Positions 19,639-28,954 of a stretch of 64,000 nucleotides of DNA are shown piece after piece. The notes below the pieces were generated by a model. It ran no database searches. It saw nothing but the letters and a program-made list of their open reading frames with translations, and had not been told where the DNA came from. Made by a program: the position numbers and the translations under genes. This stretch comes from an uncultured Gemmatimonadota bacterium (GTDB lineage: Bacteria > JAAXHH01), in NCBI GenBank assembly GCA_951812955.1, contig OX638340.1, positions 1,216,001 through 1,280,000 on the forward strand, given 5' to 3'. Every line of letters starts with the position of its first letter. Position 1 is the stretch's first letter.

Positions 19639-20418
19639 CTAGTAGCCCAGGAATCCCCCGTCCACCAACCATGTCGCTCCCGTAACGAAGCCTGCATCGT
19701 CGCTGGCCAGGAACACGGCCACGCGGCCGATTTCCTCGGGCCGGCCCCGGCGGTCCAGGGGCGTATGGCGAAAGTACTTCCCCGATGCGCCTCGACTGAC
19801 GGCGTCTTCTCTCGGATTATCGCTCTGCTCGGTGTGGATATCACCCGGCGCAATACTGTTCACCCGGATCCTGTGACGGGCCAGTTCGATCGCGGCCGAC
19901 TTGGTGAGCCCATCCAGGCCCGCCTTGCTGGCACAGTAGGCGGATGCGCCTTCCTGGGCCGCAAACTGGGCCACGGACGAGATATTGATAATGGCGCCTC
20001 CCACATCCCGGTCAATCATCCGGCGGGCCGCCTCCTGCGTCCCGATGAACGCGCCGGTAAGGTTGATGTCGACGACGTTGCGCCAGTGCTCGTCCGTCTC
20101 CTCCATGAAGGGCCGCAACTCCAGTGACATTCCGGTCAGCGCGGCATTGTTGATCATCACGTCTACCGGACCCAGCAGGTGTTCCGTCCGGTCCAGCAGC
20201 GCCGCTATGTCCTCGCGGCGGCGCACGTCGCACCGTTGCGCGTGGACGGAAAAGCCCTGACTCCTGAACCGCTCGGCCTCGTGCTCGGCGATCTCGACCC
20301 GACGCTGCGCAATCATCACCGCGGCCCCTGCTTCGGCACAACAGCGGGCAATACCGAGACCGATGCCGGTGCCGCCGCCGGTGACGACTACGGTTCTTCC
20401 CTTCAACCGGTCATTCAT
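19639..20418 (-). CDS. SDR family NAD(P)-dependent oxidoreductase
   Basis: TGGGTGIG cofactor motif, NNAA, and the catalytic YxxxK (YCASK). Confidence 0.85.
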   Translation of the reverse strand: MNDRLKGRTVVVTGGGTGIGLGIARCCAEAGAAVMIAQRRVEIAEHEAERFRSQGFSVHAQRCDVRRREDIAALLDRTEHLLGPVDVMINNAALTGMSLELRPFMEETDEHWRNVVDINLTGAFIGTQEAARRMIDRDVGGAIINISSVAQFAAQEGASAYCASKAGLDGLTKSAAIELARHRIRVNSIAPGDIHTEQSDNPREDAVSRGASGKYFRHTPLDRRGRPEEIGRVAVFLASDDAGFVTGATWLVDGGFLGY

Positions 20419-21667
20419 CGGTTACACCTCCCGCTTCCCTTCTCGCATCGCTCTCCATCAAAGACGCGACCTCTTTGGCGACAGCTTCGATCACCGGGAA
20501 ATCCCTTTCCTCCAGTGTACGTACGTCGAGCAGAAATCGGTTCCCCGCCAACCTGCCGAACACTGGTGGCGATTGTCGTCTGAACGCCGCGGCTAGTTGC
20601 CGGTTGGTCCATCCGTCGGGACGCAGCGCGACGGCGCGGGAAGGCAGTTGCTGGACCGGCAGGGCGCCGCCTCCGATTTCGGCGAGGGATTCCTCCACGG
20701 TCACTTCGACGCGGCAACCGAAACAGGCTGCGATGCATTCCGCGAGTCTTCGCGCCTTTAAATCGAGCGCTTCCATCGTCGCTGCGATCATGCCCGTAAC
20801 GGGGTGAGAATCCGCGAGCATAGCCGGATTATGAAAGAGCTCGAGCGTAGCCTGAAGGGCGGCATAGACCATCTTGTCGGCGCGAAAGGCCCGCATCAGC
20901 GGATCCTTTTTCATCTTGTCGAGCAAATCCCTCCGGCCGACGATGATTCCGGCCTGGGATCCGCCCAGCAGTTTGTCGCCACTGAAACAAACCACGTCGA
21001 TTCCGCGGCCGAGCGCGTCCGGGACGGTATATCCAATGTCCAGGCCGTGGTCTTCAAGGCCGACGAGGGCGCCGCTTCCCTGGTCGTACACGACAGGTAT
21101 ATCCCTTTCCCGACCCAACCTGGCCAGTTCCTCGAGTGGTGTGGAGACATCGAGGCCGGCAATATCAAAGTTGCTTCGGTGTACCGCCATGATAAGCGCC
21201 GTCTTTTCGGTGAGGGCGGCCCGGTAGTCTTCCGCTACCGTGTAATTTGTCGTACCGACGCCAACCAGGTCGACCCCACCCGCGGCCATGACGTCGGGCA
21301 TGCGGAAGGACCCGCCGATCTCCACCAGTTGGCCCCGGGAGATGACGACCTCCCCGTCCAGGGCGAGCGCGTGCAGGATCAGCATCACCGCGGCGGCGTT
21401 GTTGTTCACGACGATGGCGGACTCGGCCCCGGTGAGGGAGCAAAGCAGATCGGAAACCAGGTCGTGCCGAGAACCCCGCTTGCCCGTCTCCGCATCAATC
21501 TCGAGCGTACAGAATCCTTCGATTATGTCAGCCACTGCCCGCCGCGCATGCTCGGACATGACGGCCCGTCCCAGACCGGTGTGCAGGATCACGCCCGTGG
21601 CGTTCACCGCGGGTGCCAGTGCACTGATCGAACGTCCGCCTCTGGTTGGATTGGCCCGGTCTGTCAT
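20411..21667 (-). CDS. selA: L-seryl-tRNA(Sec) selenium transferase (selenocysteine synthase) SelA
   Basis: FSGDKLLGGSQAGIIVG...RADKMVYAALQATLELF matches the SelA PLP-lysine region (E. coli FSGDKLLGGPQAGII...RADKMTLAALEATL). The N-terminal TGVILHTGLGRA and IVVNNNAAAV motifs are also present. Confidence 0.9.
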   Translation of the reverse strand: MTDRANPTRGGRSISALAPAVNATGVILHTGLGRAVMSEHARRAVADIIEGFCTLEIDAETGKRGSRHDLVSDLLCSLTGAESAIVVNNNAAAVMLILHALALDGEVVISRGQLVEIGGSFRMPDVMAAGGVDLVGVGTTNYTVAEDYRAALTEKTALIMAVHRSNFDIAGLDVSTPLEELARLGRERDIPVVYDQGSGALVGLEDHGLDIGYTVPDALGRGIDVVCFSGDKLLGGSQAGIIVGRRDLLDKMKKDPLMRAFRADKMVYAALQATLELFHNPAMLADSHPVTGMIAATMEALDLKARRLAECIAACFGCRVEVTVEESLAEIGGGALPVQQLPSRAVALRPDGWTNRQLAAAFRRQSPPVFGRLAGNRFLLDVRTLEERDFPVIEAVAKEVASLMESDARREAGGVTDE

Positions 21668-21752
21668 ATGCGGTGCCGCGAAAGTGTCATATGCGGTGCT
21701 GCGAAAGTGCCTATGCGGTGCTGTGAAAGTGTCATATGCGGTGCCGCGAAGG
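21664..21752. repeat. 4 x ~23-bp tandem repeat (TCATATGCGGTGCCGCGAAAGTG) overlapping the selA start codon and 5' region
   Basis: Units lie at 21664-21686, 21687-21709, 21710-21731 and 21732-21752 with a few substitutions. Each unit carries the palindrome CATATG, and the first supplies the selA ATG. Confidence 0.8.
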
Positions 21753-21812
21753 ATGGCAAGTTAATCAAATCTCATCTGTGACAGTTGTTTCCAGATATTG
21801 AGCATTATCCGT

Positions 21813-22406
21813 CTACCATCGGCCGGCAATCACTCCGGCCATGCTGGCCTTGAATTCCACCCAGGGAAAGGCCGGACCGGGATCGATCTTTCGATCCGGC
21901 GCGATATCGCTGTGACGTACGACGTTGTCCAACGGGATCTTGTAGCGTTCGACGAGGTGGCCGGAAAGCGAGACCACTTGCTCGACCTGACCGGCCGGAT
22001 AGGGCGTCCACCAGTCTCCCTCCGCTGCGATGGGCGACGGTCCGCCATAGGGCGTACTGAAATCCTCGGGCCAGCAGAAGAAGCTTCCGTTCTCCTTCTT
22101 CAGGCGTCCCCAGTTCACGATCTCGATGCCGAGTGACCGTCGATTGCAGCCTTCCCGTCCCCGCCAGGAACTCGTCCCGCAGTGCCAGGCGCAATCTTCG
22201 TCCCGAACCATCTGCAAAAGGGTGCCGTCGAGCCCTACGATATAGTGGCAGCTGACACGCCGATCCGGGTCCCGGAAGATCGCGACGCATTCATCCAGCG
22301 ACGGACCGTCCGTGTAATGGAGCACGAGCATATCAATCTGTTCATCCTCGCGGCTCGAAGCGTACAGGGCCGGGTAAAACGGTATTGCGGCAAGAAACTC
22401 CGACAT
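21813..22406 (-). CDS. N-acetylmuramoyl-L-alanine amidase (AmpD-like, amidase_2/PGRP domain)
   Basis: VLHYTDG...SCHYIVGLDG...AWHCG resembles the AmpD zinc-amidase motifs. Confidence 0.75.
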   Translation of the reverse strand: MSEFLAAIPFYPALYASSREDEQIDMLVLHYTDGPSLDECVAIFRDPDRRVSCHYIVGLDGTLLQMVRDEDCAWHCGTSSWRGREGCNRRSLGIEIVNWGRLKKENGSFFCWPEDFSTPYGGPSPIAAEGDWWTPYPAGQVEQVVSLSGHLVERYKIPLDNVVRHSDIAPDRKIDPGPAFPWVEFKASMAGVIAGRW

Positions 22407-22627
22407 TTGGGCTTAACGCCTTTCCGAAAGGATGTTTCGATTCCCTGATTGCACTGTTAAACTATAGAAGAGACCGTTCCAAGGCAATCCGTTTCACCGC
22501 GCTCACAAGGCGTCAGGTTCAACTCCTCGCAGGTTGACACGTCCATGTCCGCCAGGTATACTATCGCCATGTTTTATACGCGTGCGATCCCAGATTTCAG
22601 GCGTCACAGGACCAGGCAGGCACTTAC

Positions 22628-25600
22628 GTGACCAACGACTCCTTCCAAGAACCATCGCTACGGGACAGATACCTCGAAGAACGGGGGACGGTCTTTCTCA
22701 CCGGCATACACGCCATCGTCCGTTTTCTCGTGGACAAGCAGCGGCGCGACCTGAATTCCGGCGGTCCCATAAGAAGCAGTTTCATATCCGGTTACGAAGG
22801 ATCGCCGCTGGGCGGGCTCGACCTCGAAATTCGCCAGCAGGCATCCCTGCTAAATGAAGCGGCGCCTTTTGTGCACCAGGCGGCGGTCAACGAGAAAACG
22901 GCGGCCGCGGCGGTACATGGCAGCCAGTTCGAAGGCGGCGTGGACGGGTTCTGGTACGGTAAAGCCCACGGCGTAAAATGGGCCCTAGACGAGTTCAGCC
23001 TGGCCAACATCGCGGGGACGGGCAGGGACAGCGGCGTGGTCCTCTTTGCCGGGGACGATCACATGGCGAAGAGCTCCGGTTACCCCGCCAGCAGCGAACA
23101 GGCCCTACGAGACGCGCGCATACCCGTATTCTACCCTTCGACGGTCTCCGAGGTCGTCAGCTACGGACATCACGCACTCGCACTGAGCCGGTACGCCGGC
23201 GTCCTCTGCGGACTTAAACTCGTCACCCCCATCTGCGACGGTGCGGAGACGGTGGATATCGATCCGGACCTTCCTGCGGTTCTGCTTCCCCCGGTCGGCC
23301 CGGTCGGCCAGGTCGGCACGGACGGACACCTTTTCGAGAAACACTTTCACCGGGTGGTCATTTCTACCCAGTCTGTCCCCTTCGAAGAAGAGCTTGCCAC
23401 GGTGCGCCTGGATATCGCCGGCGAGTACGCACGGCTGAACGGGATCGACACGGTCGATAATTCGGAATCGGACAGTTCTCTCGGTATTGTAGCGACTGGA
23501 AAGAGTTACGCGGATATCAAGCAGGCGCTAAGACTGGTGCGCCTCGAGGACCGTATACCGATCCTGAAACTGGGCGTGATCTACCCGGTAAACCGGCAGA
23601 CCATCCGGGATTTCGCCCACGGATTCCAAAACGTGCTGGTCGTCGAGGAAAAAGGGCCCTTCGTGGAAGAAGCGGTAGCCCAGGCCCTCGTAGGCACCGG
23701 CGTATCCAACGTATACGGAAAACGCGGACCAGACGGGCAGCACCTCGTGCCCGCCTACGGAGAACTGAATCCCGATCTGCTCACCCTGCGCCTTGGTCCG
23801 ATACTGCAGGGGATCTTCCCGACGGCTCCCATTTACGACCGCCTGGAAGAACTGAAAACCATCGAGGAAAGGGATCCCGGCACCTTCCTGCGCCGAACCG
23901 CCCATTACTGTCCGGGTTGTCCGCACAGCGTATCGGCCCGGGCGCCTTCCGGGGAAGTCGCTGGCGGCGAGATCGGCTGCTCCTCTCTGGACGCTTACAT
24001 CGAGGCGGACGGCAGAGGCGTCCGGTACATCCCCACCATGGGGCTGGGCGGCGCCATCTACAACGGGATGTTCCCCTTCAACGGGAACGAACACCTGTTT
24101 CAGAATATCGGTGACGGCACCGTGCTGCACAGTGGATTGATCACGCTATTCAGTTCCATATCCCACGGAGCCAACATCACCTACAAGATCCTCTGGAACC
24201 ACGTCGTGGCCATGACCGGCGGGCAGGGCATCACGGGACAGCCGACGCTGGACGATTTCACGCTCATACTCCTGGGCATGGGCGTGAGAGACGTCACGGT
24301 CGTCAGCAAATTCCCGGAGCGGGTGTCGCTCAAGCGCGCCCGGGCCGCGGTGAATACGGATCAGCGTCTCCTGCTCGAACCACGGGACCGGCTCCAGTCC
24401 GCCCAGGAAAGCCTTTCCCGGAAGCCGGGCGTAAAGGTGCTGATCTACGACCAGGAATGCGCCACGGAGTACCGCAGACGCCGCAAGCGTGAAGACCTTG
24501 CCCCGGACCGGTACGTTTACATCCACGAAAGGGTGTGCGAAGGGTGCGGAGACTGCGGTCAGCAGTCCATGTGTCTTGCGCTCGAGCCCAGGCAGACCGA
24601 GTTCGGACCCAAGACCGCCATACTCCAGTCGGCGTGCAACCAGGACCTCTCCTGCCTCAAGGGCGATTGTCCCTCATTTATCTCAGTCGAACCGGTCGGG
24701 GACAGCAGGCCCGTGAAAAAGGAATGCCCGGTTCTCGGCGAAACCGACCTGGATGAGCCTGCACGCAAAGCGGCCATAGCGGGCGAATACGCCATACACC
24801 TCATTGGGATCGGGGGCACCGGTGTCGTGACCGCGGCCCACCTGCTCGCCTTCGCAGCACTTTTTGACGGGAAGAAGGTGAGTGAGATGAACCGCACCGG
24901 ACTGGCGCAGAAGGGTGGTCCGGTGGAATCGCCCATCGTGCTGGGGGACAGGGAAATTCCTCCGTCCAGTTACATCGCGGCCGGCCGGTGCGACCTCTAC
25001 CTGGCGGCGGACATCGCCGGTGCGGTGAATCCCCTTAATCTGCAGGTCGCCTCCTCGGACAGAACCGTCGCCGTGGTAAGCCGTTCCGGCGTCCCGACCG
25101 CACAGATGGTATACGATCCCCAGGTGCCCGGCGCTGACGTCCCGGCCATGGAAGCGCTTATCGACCGCCATACCCGGTCGAAGAACAATGTCTACATCGA
25201 TGCGCAGGACTACGCGATGAAGCTCTTCGGCAACCACATCGTGGCGAACGTGTTTCTCCTGGGCGCAGCCTACCAGGCCGGATACATCCCCCTGCGGGGC
25301 GGGAGTATCGAACGCGCCATCCGTTTGAACGGACAGGCGGTCGACGCCAATCTCCAGGCGTTCCGATGGGGACGCATGGCCGTACTCGACCCGGCCCGGC
25401 TGGACGAAGCCGTGGCGGTGCCAGAACCCGATTCGGACACCCTGATTCAGCGTTACGAGCGCCAACTCGGCCACAAACTGTCACGAATCTACAAGGCGCT
25501 GATCGACCGGATACCCGTTGCCGAGGAATCCTTCCGAAAGTCATGGGTGACTCGCGTGGCCGAACTGATCGCATACCAGGACACGACACTCGCCGAACGG

Positions 25601-26185
25601 TTCGTCGACAGGATTGAACGGATCTTCGATGCCGACAAACGGACAGGGGGATCGGACCGCGGATACCTGCTCACTTCGCACGCGGTGTTCATGCTGCACA
25701 AGCTCATGGCCTACAAGGACGAGTACGAGGTGGCCCGGCTGCTGACGGACCCGACCGAAACCGGCGTCGCAGACCGTTTCGACGGTCCGGTCAAGGTGTC
25801 TTACCATCTTCACCCGCCGCTGTTGCGAGCCTGGGGACTCGATCGTAAACTCCGGCTGGGGCCATGGTTCAGGCCGATGCTTCGGATCATGGCACCTTTC
25901 AAGCGGCTGCGGGGAACCCGATTCGATCCCTTTGGATATACCGCGGCCCGGCGTGAGGAACGTGAACTCGTGACCTGGTATGAATCGTTGTTGTCCCAGG
26001 CCTTCGACTCACTCACCGCGGAGAACTACCCCGAAGTCTCCGAACTGCTGCGGCTGCCCGACGAGATCCGCGGCTACGAACAGGTCAAGCGCCGCTCTGT
26101 GATCAGGGTGAAGAAGAAGGCGGATGAAATACTCGCCGGCCTCCTTCGCCGGGACGAGAGCCTGAAAGCAGAAAGCCGGCCCTGA
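22628..26185 (+). CDS. Indolepyruvate:ferredoxin oxidoreductase family protein (fused IorA-IorB, 2-oxoacid:ferredoxin oxidoreductase)
   Basis: 1185 aa. It has a TPP-binding N-terminal region, a CPGCPH Cys cluster, a 4Fe-4S-like CEGCGDCGQQS motif, and a C-terminal IorB-like domain. GTG start. Confidence 0.85.
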   Translation: MTNDSFQEPSLRDRYLEERGTVFLTGIHAIVRFLVDKQRRDLNSGGPIRSSFISGYEGSPLGGLDLEIRQQASLLNEAAPFVHQAAVNEKTAAAAVHGSQFEGGVDGFWYGKAHGVKWALDEFSLANIAGTGRDSGVVLFAGDDHMAKSSGYPASSEQALRDARIPVFYPSTVSEVVSYGHHALALSRYAGVLCGLKLVTPICDGAETVDIDPDLPAVLLPPVGPVGQVGTDGHLFEKHFHRVVISTQSVPFEEELATVRLDIAGEYARLNGIDTVDNSESDSSLGIVATGKSYADIKQALRLVRLEDRIPILKLGVIYPVNRQTIRDFAHGFQNVLVVEEKGPFVEEAVAQALVGTGVSNVYGKRGPDGQHLVPAYGELNPDLLTLRLGPILQGIFPTAPIYDRLEELKTIEERDPGTFLRRTAHYCPGCPHSVSARAPSGEVAGGEIGCSSLDAYIEADGRGVRYIPTMGLGGAIYNGMFPFNGNEHLFQNIGDGTVLHSGLITLFSSISHGANITYKILWNHVVAMTGGQGITGQPTLDDFTLILLGMGVRDVTVVSKFPERVSLKRARAAVNTDQRLLLEPRDRLQSAQESLSRKPGVKVLIYDQECATEYRRRRKREDLAPDRYVYIHERVCEGCGDCGQQSMCLALEPRQTEFGPKTAILQSACNQDLSCLKGDCPSFISVEPVGDSRPVKKECPVLGETDLDEPARKAAIAGEYAIHLIGIGGTGVVTAAHLLAFAALFDGKKVSEMNRTGLAQKGGPVESPIVLGDREIPPSSYIAAGRCDLYLAADIAGAVNPLNLQVASSDRTVAVVSRSGVPTAQMVYDPQVPGADVPAMEALIDRHTRSKNNVYIDAQDYAMKLFGNHIVANVFLLGAAYQAGYIPLRGGSIERAIRLNGQAVDANLQAFRWGRMAVLDPARLDEAVAVPEPDSDTLIQRYERQLGHKLSRIYKALIDRIPVAEESFRKSWVTRVAELIAYQDTTLAERFVDRIERIFDADKRTGGSDRGYLLTSHAVFMLHKLMAYKDEYEVARLLTDPTETGVADRFDGPVKVSYHLHPPLLRAWGLDRKLRLGPWFRPMLRIMAPFKRLRGTRFDPFGYTAARREERELVTWYESLLSQAFDSLTAENYPEVSELLRLPDEIRGYEQVKRRSVIRVKKKADEILAGLLRRDESLKAESRP

Positions 26186-26269
26186 AAAGGACCGGCTCCC
26201 TACCTTAATACTGTCACACTTCAGTTTCGGTTCAGTGCGAGAGGCTTCGCGGCCTCCTGGCTCTGCTTC

Positions 26270-27484
26270 TCAGCTGCTCACCAGCACCTTCTTGAGTGCG
26301 GCGATGAAGGCCTCGTTTTCCGCCTGCAGGCCGGAGGTGACTCGCAGCCAGTTATTCATCCGCCAGCGCCGCTTGCCGTTGCCGACGAGTACGTTGTACT
26401 CTTCGAATAGTTTGCGGGTAACCTCGTCCGCGTCCTTGCGTACGTTGACGAGCATGAAACTGGACTGGCTGGGCACGTACTCGAGTCCCATCTCATCGAA
26501 CTGGCTCATGAGATAGTCATGACCGTCCCATGCGGCCTTCCGTGCACGGTCCTGGTAATCTCCATCCTCTATACAGGCCTCTGCGGCGACCACCGAGAGC
26601 GAACTGACCCGGCCGCCCTTGTTGTCCTCGAGCTTTTCGATAACATGGGGCCGCGCCAGGCCGTAGCCGATACGCAGGCCGGCCATACCCATGATCTTGG
26701 AAAAAGTACGGGTCACAATGACGTTTTCATGGTCAAGGATCAGCGGTGCCGCGCCGATGCGGTCCTGGGGATTTCGGGCGAACTCGATATAGGCCTCGTC
26801 CACGAAGACCATGACGTCGGAGGGTATCCCGCTCACAAACTTCTTGAGGTCTTCGAAAGGCGCGATGATCCCTGTCGGATTTCCCGGAGAGGTTACGACC
26901 ACGACTCGCGTATTCTCGGTGACGGCCGCCTTCATGGCATCGAGGTCCTGGTGGAAATCCCGGGTTGTGCGTACCAGGCGTGCACTGGCGCCGTAATTCC
27001 GGGCCGTACGTACCACGCCGCCGTAACCGGGCGCGGCCTCGATCATCTGTCCGCCGTCACGCAGGTAGGCCGACGCGATGGCAAAGAGTACCTCGGACGA
27101 TCCGCATCCGAGGGTGACCCACGGTTCCGGCCCTTCAGAGGAGTTGTTGGAAGGAATGACGACCGGCAGTCCGTGCCGTTCCGCGATCTGGCCGTAGAGA
27201 CCCCGGCCCCGGTAGTACCGGTTGAACTTGTAGACGTACTGCATTATGGCCTCGACGGCGCGGGGCGACGGACCGATCGGGTTCTCGTTGCTGCTCAGCC
27301 GGACTAATCCCTCGGGTACACCCCAACCGCGGACGGGCCGCGCACGCGGGCCCGCCACCATCTGGGCCACGGCTTCGTAACTTCCCAGGGAAGCCGCACC
27401 GGCCCCGATCGCAAGCCCCCTGAGAAACTTCCTTCTCGTGAACCCGGATGCTCCCAGATTCACCGCCTTTATCATATTCGACAT
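26270..27484 (-). CDS. PLP-dependent aminotransferase (HisC-like class I/II) with twin-arginine (Tat) signal peptide
   Basis: The N-terminus has TRRKFLRGLAIGAGAASLGSYEAVA, a Tat motif S/T-R-R-x-F-L. The aminotransferase body has TFSKIMGMAGLRIGY (the PLP lysine) and NPTG. Confidence 0.8.
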   Translation of the reverse strand: MSNMIKAVNLGASGFTRRKFLRGLAIGAGAASLGSYEAVAQMVAGPRARPVRGWGVPEGLVRLSSNENPIGPSPRAVEAIMQYVYKFNRYYRGRGLYGQIAERHGLPVVIPSNNSSEGPEPWVTLGCGSSEVLFAIASAYLRDGGQMIEAAPGYGGVVRTARNYGASARLVRTTRDFHQDLDAMKAAVTENTRVVVVTSPGNPTGIIAPFEDLKKFVSGIPSDVMVFVDEAYIEFARNPQDRIGAAPLILDHENVIVTRTFSKIMGMAGLRIGYGLARPHVIEKLEDNKGGRVSSLSVVAAEACIEDGDYQDRARKAAWDGHDYLMSQFDEMGLEYVPSQSSFMLVNVRKDADEVTRKLFEEYNVLVGNGKRRWRMNNWLRVTSGLQAENEAFIAALKKVLVSS

Positions 27485-27528
27485 AACGCCATCCTTTGAT
27501 CAGATGCTCGATACGGTCCCGCGAACGA

Positions 27529-28743
27529 TCAGCTGCTTACCAGCACCTTCTTGAGTGCCGCCATGAAGGCCTCGTTCTCCTCCTGCAGGCCGGACGTCAC
27601 CCTGAGCCAGGTGTCCATTTCCCAGCGGCGCTTCCCGTTGCCGACCATCACGTTGTACTCTTCCCGAAGCTTGCGGACGACTTCGTCCGCGTCCTTGTGC
27701 ACGTTTATGAGCATGAAGCTGGACTGGCTGGGGACGTAGTCGATCCCCATCTCGTCGAACTGGCTGGAGAAGTACTCCTGTCCGTCCCACGTCACCTTTC
27801 GCGCCCGGTCCTGGTAGTCGTGATCTTCCATTCCCGCAGCCGCGGCGTTGGTCGACAACATACTGGGCCGGCCGCCCTTGTTCTGGTTCAGCTTTTCGAT
27901 GACCTCGGGACGCGCCAGGCCGTAGCCGACACCCAACCCCGCCATGCCCATGATCTTGGAAAATGTACGGGCAACGATCACGTTCGGGTGGTCCAGAATC
28001 AGCGGCGCAGCGCCAATCCGATCGGCGGGATTCTTCGAGAACTCGATATAGGCCTCGTCGACGAATACGATCACGTCCGAGGGAACCTCCTGGACGAACT
28101 TCTTCACGGCGTCCGAGGGAACGAGCACGCCGGTCGGGTTGCCAGGATTCGTTATGACCACCACCCTGGTGTTCTCGGTAATGGCGGACTTCATCGCATC
28201 GAGGTCCTGCTGGAAGCCGCTTGCCAGCGGAACCCACTTCACCGTACCGCCGTTCGGCTCCGCGACACGGAAGACGCCGGCGTAACCGGGCGTCGCCTCC
28301 ACCACCTCGGCCCCGTCTCGCAGATAGGCGGATGCGACGGCATAAAGCACTTCCGACGATCCGCAGCCCAGGGTGACCCAGGCGCCGGCCGGCGTGAAGG
28401 CATTGGGAGCCCACTCCACCACGGGCAGTCCGTGCCGCTCGGCGATCCTGGCATAGATGTCCCTGTTCCGGTTGTATCGATTGAACGAATACACGTTTTC
28501 CAGTACGGCTTCCACCGCCCGCGGCGACGGTCCGATTGGCATTTCGTTGCCGCTCAGTCGGACGAGTCCTTCGGGTACGCCCCAGCCACGCACGGGCCGT
28601 GCATTGGGACCGGAGATCATCTGCGCCACCGCCTCGTAACTTCCCAGCGAAACGGCGCCCGCGCCTGCCATAATGCCTTTGATGAAGCCTCGCCGCGAAA
28701 ATCCGGAAGGGGCCTCCATCGTAGTTTCAGCCCTGTCTGCCAT
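27529..28743 (-). CDS. PLP-dependent aminotransferase (HisC-like) with Tat signal peptide, tandem paralog
   Basis: Start trimmed to ATG 28743, preceded by AAGGAG. The N-terminus has SRRGFIKGIMAGAGAVSLGSYEAVA. It is about 70% identical to the gene at 26270 and has TFSKIMGMAGLGVGY. Confidence 0.75.
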   Translation of the reverse strand: MADRAETTMEAPSGFSRRGFIKGIMAGAGAVSLGSYEAVAQMISGPNARPVRGWGVPEGLVRLSGNEMPIGPSPRAVEAVLENVYSFNRYNRNRDIYARIAERHGLPVVEWAPNAFTPAGAWVTLGCGSSEVLYAVASAYLRDGAEVVEATPGYAGVFRVAEPNGGTVKWVPLASGFQQDLDAMKSAITENTRVVVITNPGNPTGVLVPSDAVKKFVQEVPSDVIVFVDEAYIEFSKNPADRIGAAPLILDHPNVIVARTFSKIMGMAGLGVGYGLARPEVIEKLNQNKGGRPSMLSTNAAAAGMEDHDYQDRARKVTWDGQEYFSSQFDEMGIDYVPSQSSFMLINVHKDADEVVRKLREEYNVMVGNGKRRWEMDTWLRVTSGLQEENEAFMAALKKVLVSS

Positions 28744-28954
28744 GATAAACTCCTTGATGGATTGAGTGTGCAGGCTGCGGTGAAGTTCCCGGAATGCAGA
28801 ACAAACCATGAGCCTTCGCGGCCTGTAATAGTAATATACCGGGAATTCGATCCTGTAATTCAATCAATTTAATGCGCCGGAGGCAACATGACAATATAAT
28901 CGTAAGCGCAATGGATCGAGCCGGTTGACGGGACTTGCCAGGCTACTGCTCAAT

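Noticed and set aside
21664-21752. Possible CRISPR array (regular short repeats)
   Set aside because: The units are directly adjacent with no unique spacers, and only four copies overlap a start codon. The same reasoning applies to the 34-, 46- and 28-bp arrays. No cas genes are present in the window.
23528-25474. Minus-strand ORFs of 200, 126 and 263 aa
   Set aside because: They are antisense to the 1185-aa indolepyruvate:ferredoxin oxidoreductase gene.
27496-28872. 458-aa plus-strand ORF, with 27500-28414 and 26519-27307 nearby
   Set aside because: They are antisense or out-of-frame shadows of the two HisC-like aminotransferase genes, which carry conserved PLP motifs and Tat signals.
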